Origin: Octopus bimaculoides
Lineage: Eukaryota
Assembly: GCF_001194135.2 (NCBI RefSeq)
Contig: NC_068981.1
Span: forward strand, 60,894,708-60,958,707
Length of the DNA stretch: 64,000 bases
Direction: 5' to 3'
Part shown: positions 52,261 to 64,000 of the stretch, in pieces
Position numbering within the stretch: position 1 is the first letter of the stretch
How the letters are laid out: the number at the start of each line of letters is the position of its first letter
Notes under the pieces: model-generated
Told to the model about the DNA's origin: nothing
The model's input: only the letters and a program-made list of their open reading frames with translations
The model's database searches: none
Made by a program: the position numbers and the translations under genes

Positions 52261-53139
52261 ATAAATAATAATAATGGTTTGGTATTAAATCAATATCAGA
52301 ATATCAGTGCATCACACGTGACTTCACACTTGGGTATACAGCTATCCCTCGACTGAGAATGTGGATAAAACCATGGACAGATTTGTATGGCGAGTTAAGT
52401 GTTGATTTCTTTGAACTTCTGTATTTGGACTGAGTATTTAATTGGTATACATTTTTGAGTATTTTGTAAATCATCTGCAAGAAAACTATTGTTCTAATGG
52501 GCGCTAAAACTTGTGTGTAGTTGATCAAACGACGATGCATCTTTCTGGCAACTGAACCTATTAGAAATAGCAGAAATATCTCCCTAATTTACAGCGTTTC
52601 CATGCAGGACAAAAATGAATTGCCTCTTATTTTAAACTTTCCGGGCATCATAAATAAAAATAACACATTGGGTAACATATTTCTAGATTCTTTGTACAGA
52701 AGTTAAAAACATGAGCAGGTCACGATTGGAATGCTTTTTCTCATAGTTCTGTGTTATGACGGCTGACCTCTTTTAATATTATTGACGGGTTCATATTTTC
52801 ATATTCCATTTTATATTCTTATTTTCAGTCTCTTGAATTCCATGTTCCTCCTGCTAGTACACACGGGAGCGTGAAAGGCTAGGGAAGTAAACCCCTAAGG
52901 CAGTTGATGGAGGGAACTTAGCGAAACTATCTTCTGGCAGTCATTAAACATCTAAAAATTTTAGAAAAATGTCTAGCGTGTTTAGCCCACTACTTCAACT
53001 GAGTCACTTACAAATGAAGCGAAAGAGCAAAACAGTCATATTCCACAAAATTATATTTTTTGATAGCGGCATACGTTTCTTAGCAAACCCAGCTATGCAT
53101 AATCTTTATCACATATTATAACATAACTTCGGAATATTA

Positions 53140-53365
53140 GTTTTAAAAGTCGAATGCAAAATAAGAAGGCAAAATATGTACCAGCATTGTAATACTAAAA
53201 GATGTCTACATTTTGGGTTTAAAAGCCAAATTCAATGCGTGAGTCAAACATTTTTTTCGAAAGTCAAAAAATTTCACCCATACGATATTTTTTCAGTTCA
53301 CATTTTAAATTGCGTAGCGTGCCTGTAGGAAGCTCTTGTCTTTGATTCAATATCGGTTTATGCTC
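53140..53365 (-). mobile_element. PLE 3' fragment, inverted homolog of 49155-49365
   Basis: TTGAATCAAAGACAAGAGCTTCCTACAGGCACGCTACGC is identical in both copies; high similarity over about 210 bp. Confidence 0.85.
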
Positions 53366-53424
53366 TGGGGTTTTAATTTGTTTTCTTTTCACATCAAGGC
53401 ACACGTAAAAATTTGCATCGTTTA

Positions 53425-53822
53425 TCGTTTACTTTTTACTTGTTCCAGACATTAGATTTTGGGGCACCACCTTGGAGAATATTTTAGTCGAAAGAATTGA
53501 CCCCAGGATTTATCTTTTAAGCCTAGTACTTATTCTATCGGCATCTTTTGCCGAACCACTAAGTTACGGTGACGTAAACACACCAGCACTGGTTGTCAAG
53601 GGGTGGTGAGGGATAAACACAGGCAAAAAAAAAAACACATATGCACACATACACACACATGTATATACGCTGAGCTTCTTTCAGTTACTGTCTAACGAAA
53701 CTAATCACAAAGTTTTGATCAGGCCGAGTCTATAGTAGAAAACGTTCGCCCATGTTGCCATGGAGTGAAATTGATCCCTGAACCATGTGGTTGGAGCGCA
53801 AGCTTCTTACTATACAGCCACA
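53425..53822 (-). mobile_element. SINE family B, full length
   Basis: Aligns end to end with 20200-20505. Confidence 0.85.
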
Positions 53823-54358
53823 AAAAGTGTATCTATCATTGAGCAGATAGTTTTCAATGTATTTGTAAGTTTTGAGCAAAATACTTTCTACAAGCCAACT
53901 GGTTAGTCGGTCCCGTTAACTATTTCGAATTGCTCTATTTTCTAACCATTACACCATTCTGTACTTTTCAGAGTTACGTTATTTTTCTGCACATGAAATT
54001 ATATAGCTTAGTGTTTCTCACTTTCTGAAAGTCCTTCCAAAACGGCTTACCATTCTTCTATGTTTTTCTTCAGTTTCTTTTTAGCATGACTGTGTTTGAA
54101 ATATTCATGTTGTACTTTTCATATTTTGATATTCAGGTGTCTGTTATGTCTTGGATTAAAATTTAACGTGTTAGGTCTGTCATTTTTACTAGGAATATAT
54201 TTTTGTCTTTTCCTATGTCTGTGGATGTGATTTTCATTGTTTCATTTCTGTGTTTTCATGTCCATAATTCAATCATAAATTATTCGTAAAATGTCTACTT
54301 TTGTTGCATAATTTTTGAACAAAACAAACATTAATGTGATCGTTTCTGCACAAAGCTA

Positions 54359-55375
54359 TTGGATTGGCAACTAAGTTCCCACGGTTTTTTTTTTAAATTT
54401 TGGAATTTATTGCGCTTTAAAAATTTTGGAATATATTAATTCCGAGAATTCTATTTTTGAAGCATTTTGGAATCTATTTTGTTTATTTTTTTCTAGTTAA
54501 TTTAACATATTTTTTGCTTATTTCCAGCTCATTAAAATAGAATGTCAGGTTAAGAAAAACGGGCATTTTCGACACCTCCTTCTGTTTGCTTTTAATCAAG
54601 GTTCTAATGCCGCAAAAGCTGCTCGCAACATATGTGCTGCGTATGGACAGGGTGCCATAGCTCACAGAACTGGTATGCCAAGTTCAAAAATGGAAATTTT
54701 GACCTCAAAGACGTTCTGGCCGTCTTGTTGAGTTCTATGAAGAGCAATTAAACCAACTTTTGCACGAAAATTGTCGTCAAACGACAAGGGAACTGGCAGA
54801 GAAAATTGAATGCTCCAACACTGTTATAGAGAAACATCTTCACTCGATGGGAAAGGTTCAGAAGTATGGAGCATGGGTTCCGCATGCTTTAGGTGACATC
54901 AAGAAAGATCAGCGAGCCACAATCTCCGCTGGTTTGCTTGCTCGTCATCGCTCAACTCATGGACACAGGCAACGATTTCTTTCCCGGATCGTTACTGGCA
55001 TCGAAAAATGGTGCCTGTACATCAATATGAATCAGCGTAAGGAATGGCTTACTCCGGTAAAAAAAAGCCACGCCATGCGTGAAACAAGATCTTCATCCGC
55101 GTAAAACGATGTTGTACGTATGGAGGGTCCGTGAAGGGATTATCTATTACGAATTTCTTGAACGGAACCAAACGGTCAACACAGAATTCTATGTTCAACG
55201 GATGGAACGACTCAACACGGATATTCAAGAGAAAAAACCTAAACGTCAGCATGGAGTTCTTCTGCTTCACGACAACGTCCGCCCTCATATCACCAATATG
55301 ACAAAAGAAGCATGGCTGGGAAGTGCTGCCACACCCATCGTACTCTCTTGATTCGTCACCAACGGATTTCATTAA
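54359..55375 (+). mobile_element. mariner (DD34D) transposon, 3'-truncated, pseudogenised
   Basis: TA + TIR TTGGATTGGCAACTAAG; WVPHAL, RIVTGIEKWCLY, LLLHDNVRPH, HPSYSLD. Confidence 0.92.
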
Positions 55376-55974
55376 TAAATATCCTTTGCAACGAAAGCAG
55401 TCATCAAGCATTTCTGATAATCAATTTCAGATTTCATATTATGGTTCTTCTTTTTTGCCTAAGGAAATCTTTGTTGCAAACACTGAATTATTAATTTTAA
55501 GACTATACTTAATCTTAGCTATTATAAATATCCTCGAGTAATACTCTATTGATTACGTAGAATTTATTCTGAATCGTTGCTGCTACACTGGTCGAGTCGA
55601 TTAGGATGTTGCATCGCATCAAAACGGCACAGTGTTCTATTTCGTCGCATAGTGTATTGATACCAGACACTAACTGCGAGACAAGCTTGCAAATAAAAAT
55701 ATAGAAGAAGAAAATCTAGACAGCCGTCTCATAAGCTCTGTCATTGATATAGATATCTATGCTTATCACAGTGTATATCATGCTGATTCTAATAGATGAT
55801 AAGTTTTAGATTATTACAGTGTGTGGAATAACCATCTATATAGACCACACGTCAACGAGTAAGCAGTTCCTTGATTTGGATAACTGGTGTACTCATCGAC
55901 GAAACCGCATTTATTTGTTGACATTTAATATACACTGATAGGCAGCCTTGTGCCAAAATTTGAAACGAACAAAG

Positions 55975-56135
55975 GATGACAAAATACTTAGCAGGATTTG
56001 ATCCATATTTATGTTCTAAGTTCAAATGCTGCTGAGGTCGACATTGCATTTCGGAGACGATAAGACAAGTACTAGTTTAGTACTTGGGTCAATGTAATCG
56101 ATTCACTCTCTTACTGTCCTTGTACTAAAATTTGA
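55975..56135 (+). mobile_element. SINE family A, degenerate
   Basis: TACTTAGCAGG...GTTCTAAGTTCAAAT..GCTGAGGTCGAC...GTAATCGAT...AAAATTTGAAAC tail, also duplicated at about 55945. Confidence 0.65.
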
Positions 56136-58057
56136 AACCATTATGTACTTTCGGATCGTACGTTTCATTCATTTGATCTATAATATTTGTAATTCCGAAC
56201 AAATTCTCTATGTTCTATATGTAACATAAACTGGTATAGAGAATACCTTGCAATATTTCTGTTTACTCTTTTTCTATCGAGTTAGTTTCGAAAGATATTA
56301 GTTTTGACTTTTTTTCCGGTCGGTTAAATAAAATATCATCTACGTATATTGTAAACAACCCCTTTCTGCATGTGTGGCAAGACCATGCACTGCGCTGTAG
56401 AAAGAAATTGAGGAACCACTTCTAATGTTCTTTTCTTTCAAGTTTACAGCTTTTACTCAATAAAATTACTAGTAGAGAATTCTACAATATCACCGTCTCA
56501 ACTAATGTGTTAAGCATGTTAAAAACAGTGTTAACAAAACTTTGTAAAAATGCCATCAGTAATTACTTTAATTCTTCCCGTCAGATGCAAATAGAATATT
56601 TGTGTACAATTTTGATATTCACTTTGAATTTAATGTATCATGCATTTTCATTACGATTCAAACATTAATTGCCTCAAAATGGAAAAAAATATCAATAATA
56701 TGACTATGTGTAAAAGTCTTGCTTATTTTGCCAGAATAATTATGAATTGTATAGATTTGTCACATTTGAAATATGAATTGAGTATATTGATTTTACGAGA
56801 CCATTAAGAACCTTTACAAAATTTGTCTCTTCATATTCCAAAATGAGTTTCCAAACACCAAAATAAAACTACGTGAATTGTTCCCTTAAGTTTATACTGC
56901 AATATTTCTATAATATGACTGAAAGACGGCTTATAAAATCTTGGATTAATTAAGAAACAAGTGAACCAGATTATAATCCTCGTACAGTTTCAAACATCAC
57001 TCTCTCTCATGAACATTATACATCGACAGCTAGGATATTGGAATGCAAATCTAAAAAAAGAAAAACTATATTTAGCATTTCTATCGCTGCGGGTAACTTC
57101 AAAACGTTTTACCTAGGTACACAATTTTGTCGATTATCCCTTCAAATATCCCTTGAATATAAATCTCGTTCTAGGTATATTCGTTTCTTCTTACTAAGGA
57201 TCTTATTGGTTTCCATAAATGACTCTAATTAGAGTGAATAGTAAAAAACAATCCCTTCTTTATGCTTGCTGTTGACAGGATTCTAAGGCTGACACTATAT
57301 CACGAGAAAATATTTCATCCATTAAAAGGTGAAAAATATTTATTTCTTTTTGATGAATAATGTATAACTATATACTGTTATTTCACGAAATAATTATATC
57401 AAAGAAAAGCCAGCAAAAATGAAGAAACCTTAAGGAGGTGAAAGAAAATTTGAGATAGAAGAAAATTACTAATTAAAAGTAAAGGAAGGCAACCAAATGG
57501 ACACGCATATTTAAAAAAGTATCATCTAAACATATTAATTATTTATCAAAAATATTTCTGCTGCGCTGTTCAAAAATGTTTTGAGAGAGATTAAAAATAA
57601 TGTGTATTTCATTTCACTTAAATGTGAAGTGTTGATTCACATACATCATGCAGCACAACTTAATGTAGTTCTTAATAATTTCATTTTCATATTGAAATAA
57701 CTTGCTAAAATTTGTCAATAAAATCATTGAAAATTAGCATCATATGAATTAGACAGTTTTCAAATAACAGAAATAATTATACACAAAAACAAATTATCTT
57801 GCACCTCTATGTCGAGGATTTGTTAAGATTTGAAAATGTTTATAAAAGAAAAAGAATTGCGGGTAACTACAGTGCTGAATATACATTTGATTTGCACGCC
57901 AACATTTTCTAACTGCCCCAAAATATATAGTAATTGCGCTGGATACATTTAACAGGAATAATTATCTTTCAATTCATGCTCAATTTAAGCTCGTGTACAT
58001 AAATATATGCTCACATCCGTAGACGTAAATATATTTATACACGCAAGCATATTTACA

Positions 58058-58094
<37 letters not shown>

Positions 58095-59599
58095 AACGTA
58101 CTTATCGATGTACTCGTTGTCAGTTAATTATATGCTTCTAAGCATATATCCACACTATATATGTATATATGTTCTACTCTAGATGTGGCACCCTCAAAGA
58201 TTTTTGTCGTATTTCGCTTTACTGAATTCTTTACTTCATGTCAGGTCAAATATTTATAAACACAAGGTGCCGAAATAACACATTTAACAATTTTTTTTCC
58301 TCCAAAATAAAAACATATATCGAATTATCTTCACTTCTGTTATTTTAATATGGTCTGATTTAATATACGTCTGCTTACACTCGCCCGGTCGATTCTCTAC
58401 TTGTAAGGCTAGAAGCGTCTAACTAAGTCATGTGAATTACACATCTCTTTATGTTAATTGATATTAATAAATATTTTTAACTAATTAACAGAAAAGTCTC
58501 ACTCAATACCATCAAGGCAGTTAGTGTATTATATATTGATAATTGATGATTTAAAATTTTTCCTGTGTTTCTCTAATAAATATACATAACCATGGAGACT
58601 TTAGCTAAGCAATTTTGATTGACTAACTTAAAAATTCTCCCTACCTAATAGATAGATATGTTTCCCATTCTAATATAAATGCAAAACAAAAACCAATATC
58701 ACTTCTAGCGGTTAGATATATAAATGAATTGGACACAGTACATTTAATATAATAATGCATAAACGAATAATGGTAATAAGAAAAATCAATGAAAATAATG
58801 ACGTTACTTCGGGATATTATGTATAATAAGATGGAAAGGATAATATTATTTTAGCTTTACACGGATTTTTATTTAATTTCTTGATTTGTGATGAACCACA
58901 ATATCGACCCTAGTTTCCTTTATATTGTACCACATATAACAACTTCAAGGCATTGCAAAATATGCAATTTATTTTTATCCTACATATCATGCAGTATATT
59001 TTGTTCATGCTACTGAAGTATACTCTCTTCAAACTACATGCCGTTGTTCTATTTGTGCTGTGTATATATTTAAAAACGAACTACAGCAATCATGATACAC
59101 AAGTTTATAATTGCGTGCCACTATGTGTTTGTGTTTATATGTATGTGGGTTTGTGCGTGTACCTATCCATAAATATTCATTATGCACAAACACATACCGA
59201 TTAAAATATAGCATGGCTGACATATCTTTTTAATCCTACTATGATTGTAATTTGACTGGGGATTACTTTACAAGTCATGCTGATTACAAATAAGATGTAA
59301 AAACATATTGAAATATCAAATGAATTATAAGTACATAATGTTCTTCCATTGAGAAAAGGTTCATGGCACTAATGTTAAAGCAACTTTAAAGCAATAACTG
59401 ATAACAATTTAATGCATAATGAAGTAGAGACTATGTATTTTCAAAATCTTTTATTAGACTATGTTGCTGAAATTATATATTTGATACTCTTTCAACAGAA
59501 ATAGTACTTATCTCTAGGCAAACAATGAATTTTATGTTTAAGGAGCGGAAAAGGAGACAGCTGTTATAATATTGAAACGAGCAGATTGGATGTAAATAT

Positions 59600-60310
59600 C
59601 TGAGTGTTTGATAAGAATTATTGTTAATAAAGTTATGATGTTTTTGACGAGTAATATTTAGATATTAAACACTTTTACACTTATGACAGAGACAAGTTGA
59701 GAATTTATGCATCTTGGAGCCGTATTCACAAGTGATGTAAGGCAGGAGACCGCATTGGATTCTACAATTGCAGGTGATGCTAGAGTGATCGATCTTCAGA
59801 AGAAGAAAGTTTGGTAAAAGAATCGAGGTCGTTATCCTCAATTAAATTTTTGTATTTATTTTCACCTATGGTCATAAATATTGTGAAATGACCCAACCAA
59901 TAGGATCGATTATACAAATGGCTGCCAAGAATATCCTTTGAAGGATCTCTGGAATAACGTTGCTCAACAGAGTGCTTAGATCAGAGGTCCGTGAGTCTCT
60001 CGGTGTCGAGCCGCTACTTTACTGCATTGAATGATCACAACTCTTGTCTTATGACCATGTGATTTCAATGTCACAGAAAGAGTGATAAGGTGGATTCTTC
60101 GAGTCGAGTCAAATCGTAGGGGACCCAGGAGTAGACCAACAACGATGTGTTTAGATATCATCCAGGGTCTCAGTTGATTATGCTAAGGAAATCAGTAACA
60201 AAGTCTAATGACGTTGCTTCTGATAAAGTCTCATGAAGGCGGTTAATGAGGTATCTACCATCACGACACTCCTACGAATAGTGGACAGAGAAGACGGGTA
60301 GATACATGAT
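59600..60310 (+). mobile_element. RTE-clade (Rex3/Expander-like) LINE 3' fragment
   Basis: FMHLGAVFTSD, TYGH, RISGITLLNRV.RSEVRESLGVEPLL and RRGPRSRP motifs. Confidence 0.75.
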
Positions 60311-60994
60311 ATTTAGAACTACAGTAAATGTAGGTCGGTTTTATATTAAATCGTCATAACGATTTTATTCTTGGATGTGTACAGAATACCGAATATTACC
60401 TTTAGTTTGAGAATGCTTCCAGTAGTTCTCTACGTTGGCAGCAAAACTCTGCAAATCAGTGACTGTATGGCAACATTATTGCGATCACATTGGTAACTGA
60501 AGAAAGAAGGACACACTATGTAGGACTCTATTAGAGAGAAAAGGATGAAATATCTAACGTTCACTTCTTCTGGAAAACCACCTGTGGGTGTGTGTGTATC
60601 AGCAGCATAAGAAAAGCATCTATTGATCAATTTATAGAATGCACTGTATATCAGATCACGGATATGAAAATTGGGATGGAAGATGGGGATTTACGGCGTG
60701 GATGAGTTGATTGGTCCGGGAAATTAATCCGACCGGAGAGATAGTGCATTATTATATAAATAAATGCTTCAGATTTAAGCAACGGCTGTCCATAAATATA
60801 CATGTATCCCAGAATAATAAACTAGGAGGGGCTGTGCATAATTGTGTTGGTTAAGACATTATTGGAAAGCTACGAAATGTAAGGTCAAATTTTAAGCTTA
60901 ATTTTAATAAACGGTTACTGAATAATTGTATAAAAATAGGCAGTTAAAAGTATGCAAGTTGCGCTGTCTGCAAATGACATGTATCCAACCCGGT

Positions 60995-61095
60995 AAAAGA
61001 ATACATTCTTTTCTACTCTAAGCACAACGCCCGAAATTTGGTACTTAATTTATCGACCCCGAAAGTATGAAAGGCAAAGTCGACCTCAGTGGAGT
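60995..61095 (-). mobile_element. SINE family A fragment
   Basis: GGTACTTAATTTATCGACCCCGAAAGTATGAAAGGCAAAGTCGACCTC. Confidence 0.8.
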
Positions 61096-61642
61096 AAAGA
61101 AATACCTTATAATATCCATGGACAGGATACAACATTTGTGAAGATATGAAATAAATATTCCAAATCCTTACGGTACCAACAATTTGGAACCCCAAATGCA
61201 TTTTTCTTTTGCAAATCAACGTATGAAACAGCACTCTCACAGAAACATGTTTGTGCTTCGGTCAATTGTAAATTTCTTGATGAAAAGACAGATCAGGTGT
61301 TGTATTAGACATTGTTTAGTAAAGAAAGCGTAAGCATTTTGGAAAGTCCACGCATATGAAATTACATAGAATATTGTACTACAGAAATATCGTATGAGAT
61401 AAAACAAAAATTCCAAAGAACATCTATCACAATAGATCAGTTGATGATGACTCTGTTAAAAGAAATGGAACGGGGAAGTTATGATAAAATTGCGTTCCTT
61501 AATTTATAATAACAATTAACAAGTACCCTTATACTAATGTACTATAATTAGTGTTATACCAGGCAAAATTTTAAATCTTGTATTATAGTCCTATTCCGAT
61601 ATTTGAGCATGTGTGTGTTGAGCATACGTGTATATATTTGTA

Positions 61643-61681
<39 letters not shown>

Positions 61682-62047
61682 ATGTGTATGAGTGTTTGTG
61701 TGTGTGTATGTGTGTGTATGTATATGTGAGTGGCTGCATGTAAGCGTGTGTTTCCGCGTCTGATTTTAAATTTGGGTATGTACCTGGGTTCGTATTCCGT
61801 AGAAGGCAGTGCTCCAGTATAACCGACGTTCAGCGGGTGAATCAATCAATACATTCTATTATTTAGTGAAAAATTCAAATAACAACTAAGCATTTGAAAC
61901 GTACGATTAATTTTCTTTTGTTTTAATGTACATGTAAGCATGCAACCATTAATTTCTTATACTCTTGCTGGCAATTGTTTAAATTAACTAACAAAAAAAA
62001 AAACACATATGTGTATGTATATATGTATGTGTTTTCTAGTTTTTAAT

Positions 62048-62300
62048 TATTATAAATCTTCCACTGAGGAGGAAGCTAGTTTCCAACAATGATACAAGGC
62101 CACATCTTTGGGATGTAATTAACACAGGTAAATTCACATTTTGCAATTGAGAAGCGTTTTGCATATTTGTACTGTTCCTCTGACAGATTGCACTTGTAAA
62201 GTACAAACTAGCCAGTCAATTTCTCTTTCTGAAATTTCCAGTTCATCCAGATTGCCTTTTAAGCACTTACTAACAAAACCTAGTGGTCCAAATATTTTTG
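62048..62300 (-). mobile_element. R4/Dong-type (RLE) LINE extreme 3' end
   Basis: IPKIFGPLGFV..LKGNL.EL...LQVQSVRGTVQICKTLL*, then short 3'UTR with stem-loop GGAAACTAGCTTCC and ATAATAAT tail. Confidence 0.65.
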
Positions 62301-62304
62301 GTAT

Positions 62305-62395
62305 GAATATAAATTGTATGTATGTATGTATGTATGTATGTATGTATGTATGTATGTATGTATGTATGTATGTATGTATGTGTGAATGCATGCAT
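62305..62395. repeat. (TATG)n tetranucleotide microsatellite
   Basis: Seen directly. Confidence 0.95.
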
Positions 62396-62673
62396 GTATC
62401 TATCAGCCTATGTCTTTGTCCTTCTCTCTCACTCTGTCCCTCTCGGTCTCTCTCTCTGTATATATATTATACATATATATATATATATATGTAAGCATAC
62501 ATACGCATATTAACATATATACACGTGTACGTATATATTACAACGTAAAAAATCTAATTACTTTTAATTTTTATATTGTTTTCTTATACAATGTCTTTTC
62601 TCTACCATGCTTTGCTAACTCACATTCGTCTTATATAGAATACGATACAATACTTACATAGATACATAGTTAC

Positions 62674-62704
<31 letters not shown>

Positions 62705-64000
62705 NNNNNNNNNNNNNNNNNNNNNNNNNNNNNNNNNNNNNNNNNNNNNNNNNNNNNNNNNNNNNNNNNNNNNNNNNNNNNNNNNNNNNNNNNNNNNNNN
62801 NNNNNNNNNNNNNNNNNNNNNNNNNNNNNNNNNNNNNNNNNNNNNNNNNNNNNNNNNNNNNNNNNNNNNNNNNNNNNNNNNNNNNNNNNNNNNNNNNNNN
62901 NNNNNNNNNNNNNNNNNNNNNNNNNNNNNNNNNNNNNNNNNNNNNNNNNNNNNNNNNNNNNNNNNNNNNNNNNNNNNNNNNNNNNNNNNNNNNNNNNNNN
63001 NNNNNNNNNNNNNNNNNNNNNNNNNNNNNNNNNNNNNNNNNNNNNNNNNNNNNNNNNNNNNNNNNNNNNNNNNNNNNNNNNNNNNNNNNNNNNNNNNNNN
63101 NNNNNNNNNNNNNNNNNNNNNNNNNNNNNNNNNNNNNNNNNNNNNNNNNNNNNNNNNNNNNNNNNNNNNNNNNNNNNNNNNNNNNNNNNNNNNNNNNNNN
63201 NNNNNNNNNNNNNNNNNNNNNNNNNNNNNNNNNNNNNNNNNNNNNNNNNNNNNNNNNNNNNNNATATATACGTACATACATATTTACATGCATGCACACA
63301 TGCATACAAATATACAAACACACACACACACAAACATACATTCACACGTATGCATATATTAGGTGAGTAAAAAAGGGAGAAAAATAGGTATTGAGATGGA
63401 AAGAAATTACATAAACATATACGGTAAATATATTTATATTTAGATGTCTTCAGCGACAAATATTAAGTGTTAGTTAAAATTTACTTGAATTGGGACCTTT
63501 ATGCTAAATTTAAAGACAAAGTTGAAGTTAGTCATTAAGCTGACGGACACCAAAGCCCAGAAGCAATGTACACAAGATTTCGAATGTATATTAATACTTG
63601 ACTTTCATCTCAACCTGTTTATCTGATCAACATCTGAACTCAACATTGGCGTCGAAAGACTTTGACAACCATAGACCCTTCATTGTCTTCATTCATCATT
63701 AATAAGTTGATTTAGTGCTGATTCCTCCCATCCAGATAAACACATTAAATTTCAAAATCTCCTTCTCTTCGTTTAAATCTATGTATTGGTTCTTTATAAA
63801 AGTCGGATAACTTCCTGTCGCCATTTTTTTCTTTTGACTTTTTTCTTCATTACACAGTTTATCAACTACAGTTTCCTCTTGTTCAGTATTTAACACTGCA
63901 TCCTTTAGTCTGAACGAATCTACTATTTAATGTGTTGTTAATTCATTTATTATTAACACGCTTCCATTCATACTAGTTTCAAATACTGACATATCTAAAT

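Noticed and set aside
63699-63900. Charged minus-strand ORF near the window end
   Set aside because: No recognisable domain or clear donor site.

Overview
AT-rich eukaryotic genomic DNA from a fragmented assembly, with many N gaps that mostly abut (TA)n/(CA)n microsatellites. The tRNA-derived SINE families and repeat landscape look like an octopus/cephalopod genome (inference). I found no intact host gene. The window is mostly decayed transposons: three L1/Tx1-clade LINEs, RTE, CR1/L2 and R4/Dong LINE fragments, Penelope-like elements (PLE), mariner, maT and Tigger DNA transposons, and many SINEs. The most notable observations are: (1) a roughly 2.1 kb TSD-flanked, polyadenylated Tx1-type element encoding only ORF1 (half-LINE-like), with an apparent 5'-UTR intron and a 3' tail resembling a SINE tail; (2) PLE-associated hammerhead ribozyme motifs; (3) a TIR/8-bp-TSD non-autonomous transposon carrying an inverted (TAACCC)8-TA-(GGGTTA)5 telomeric palindrome; (4) local templated-insertion scars. 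All family assignments come from motif recognition by eye, not database searches.
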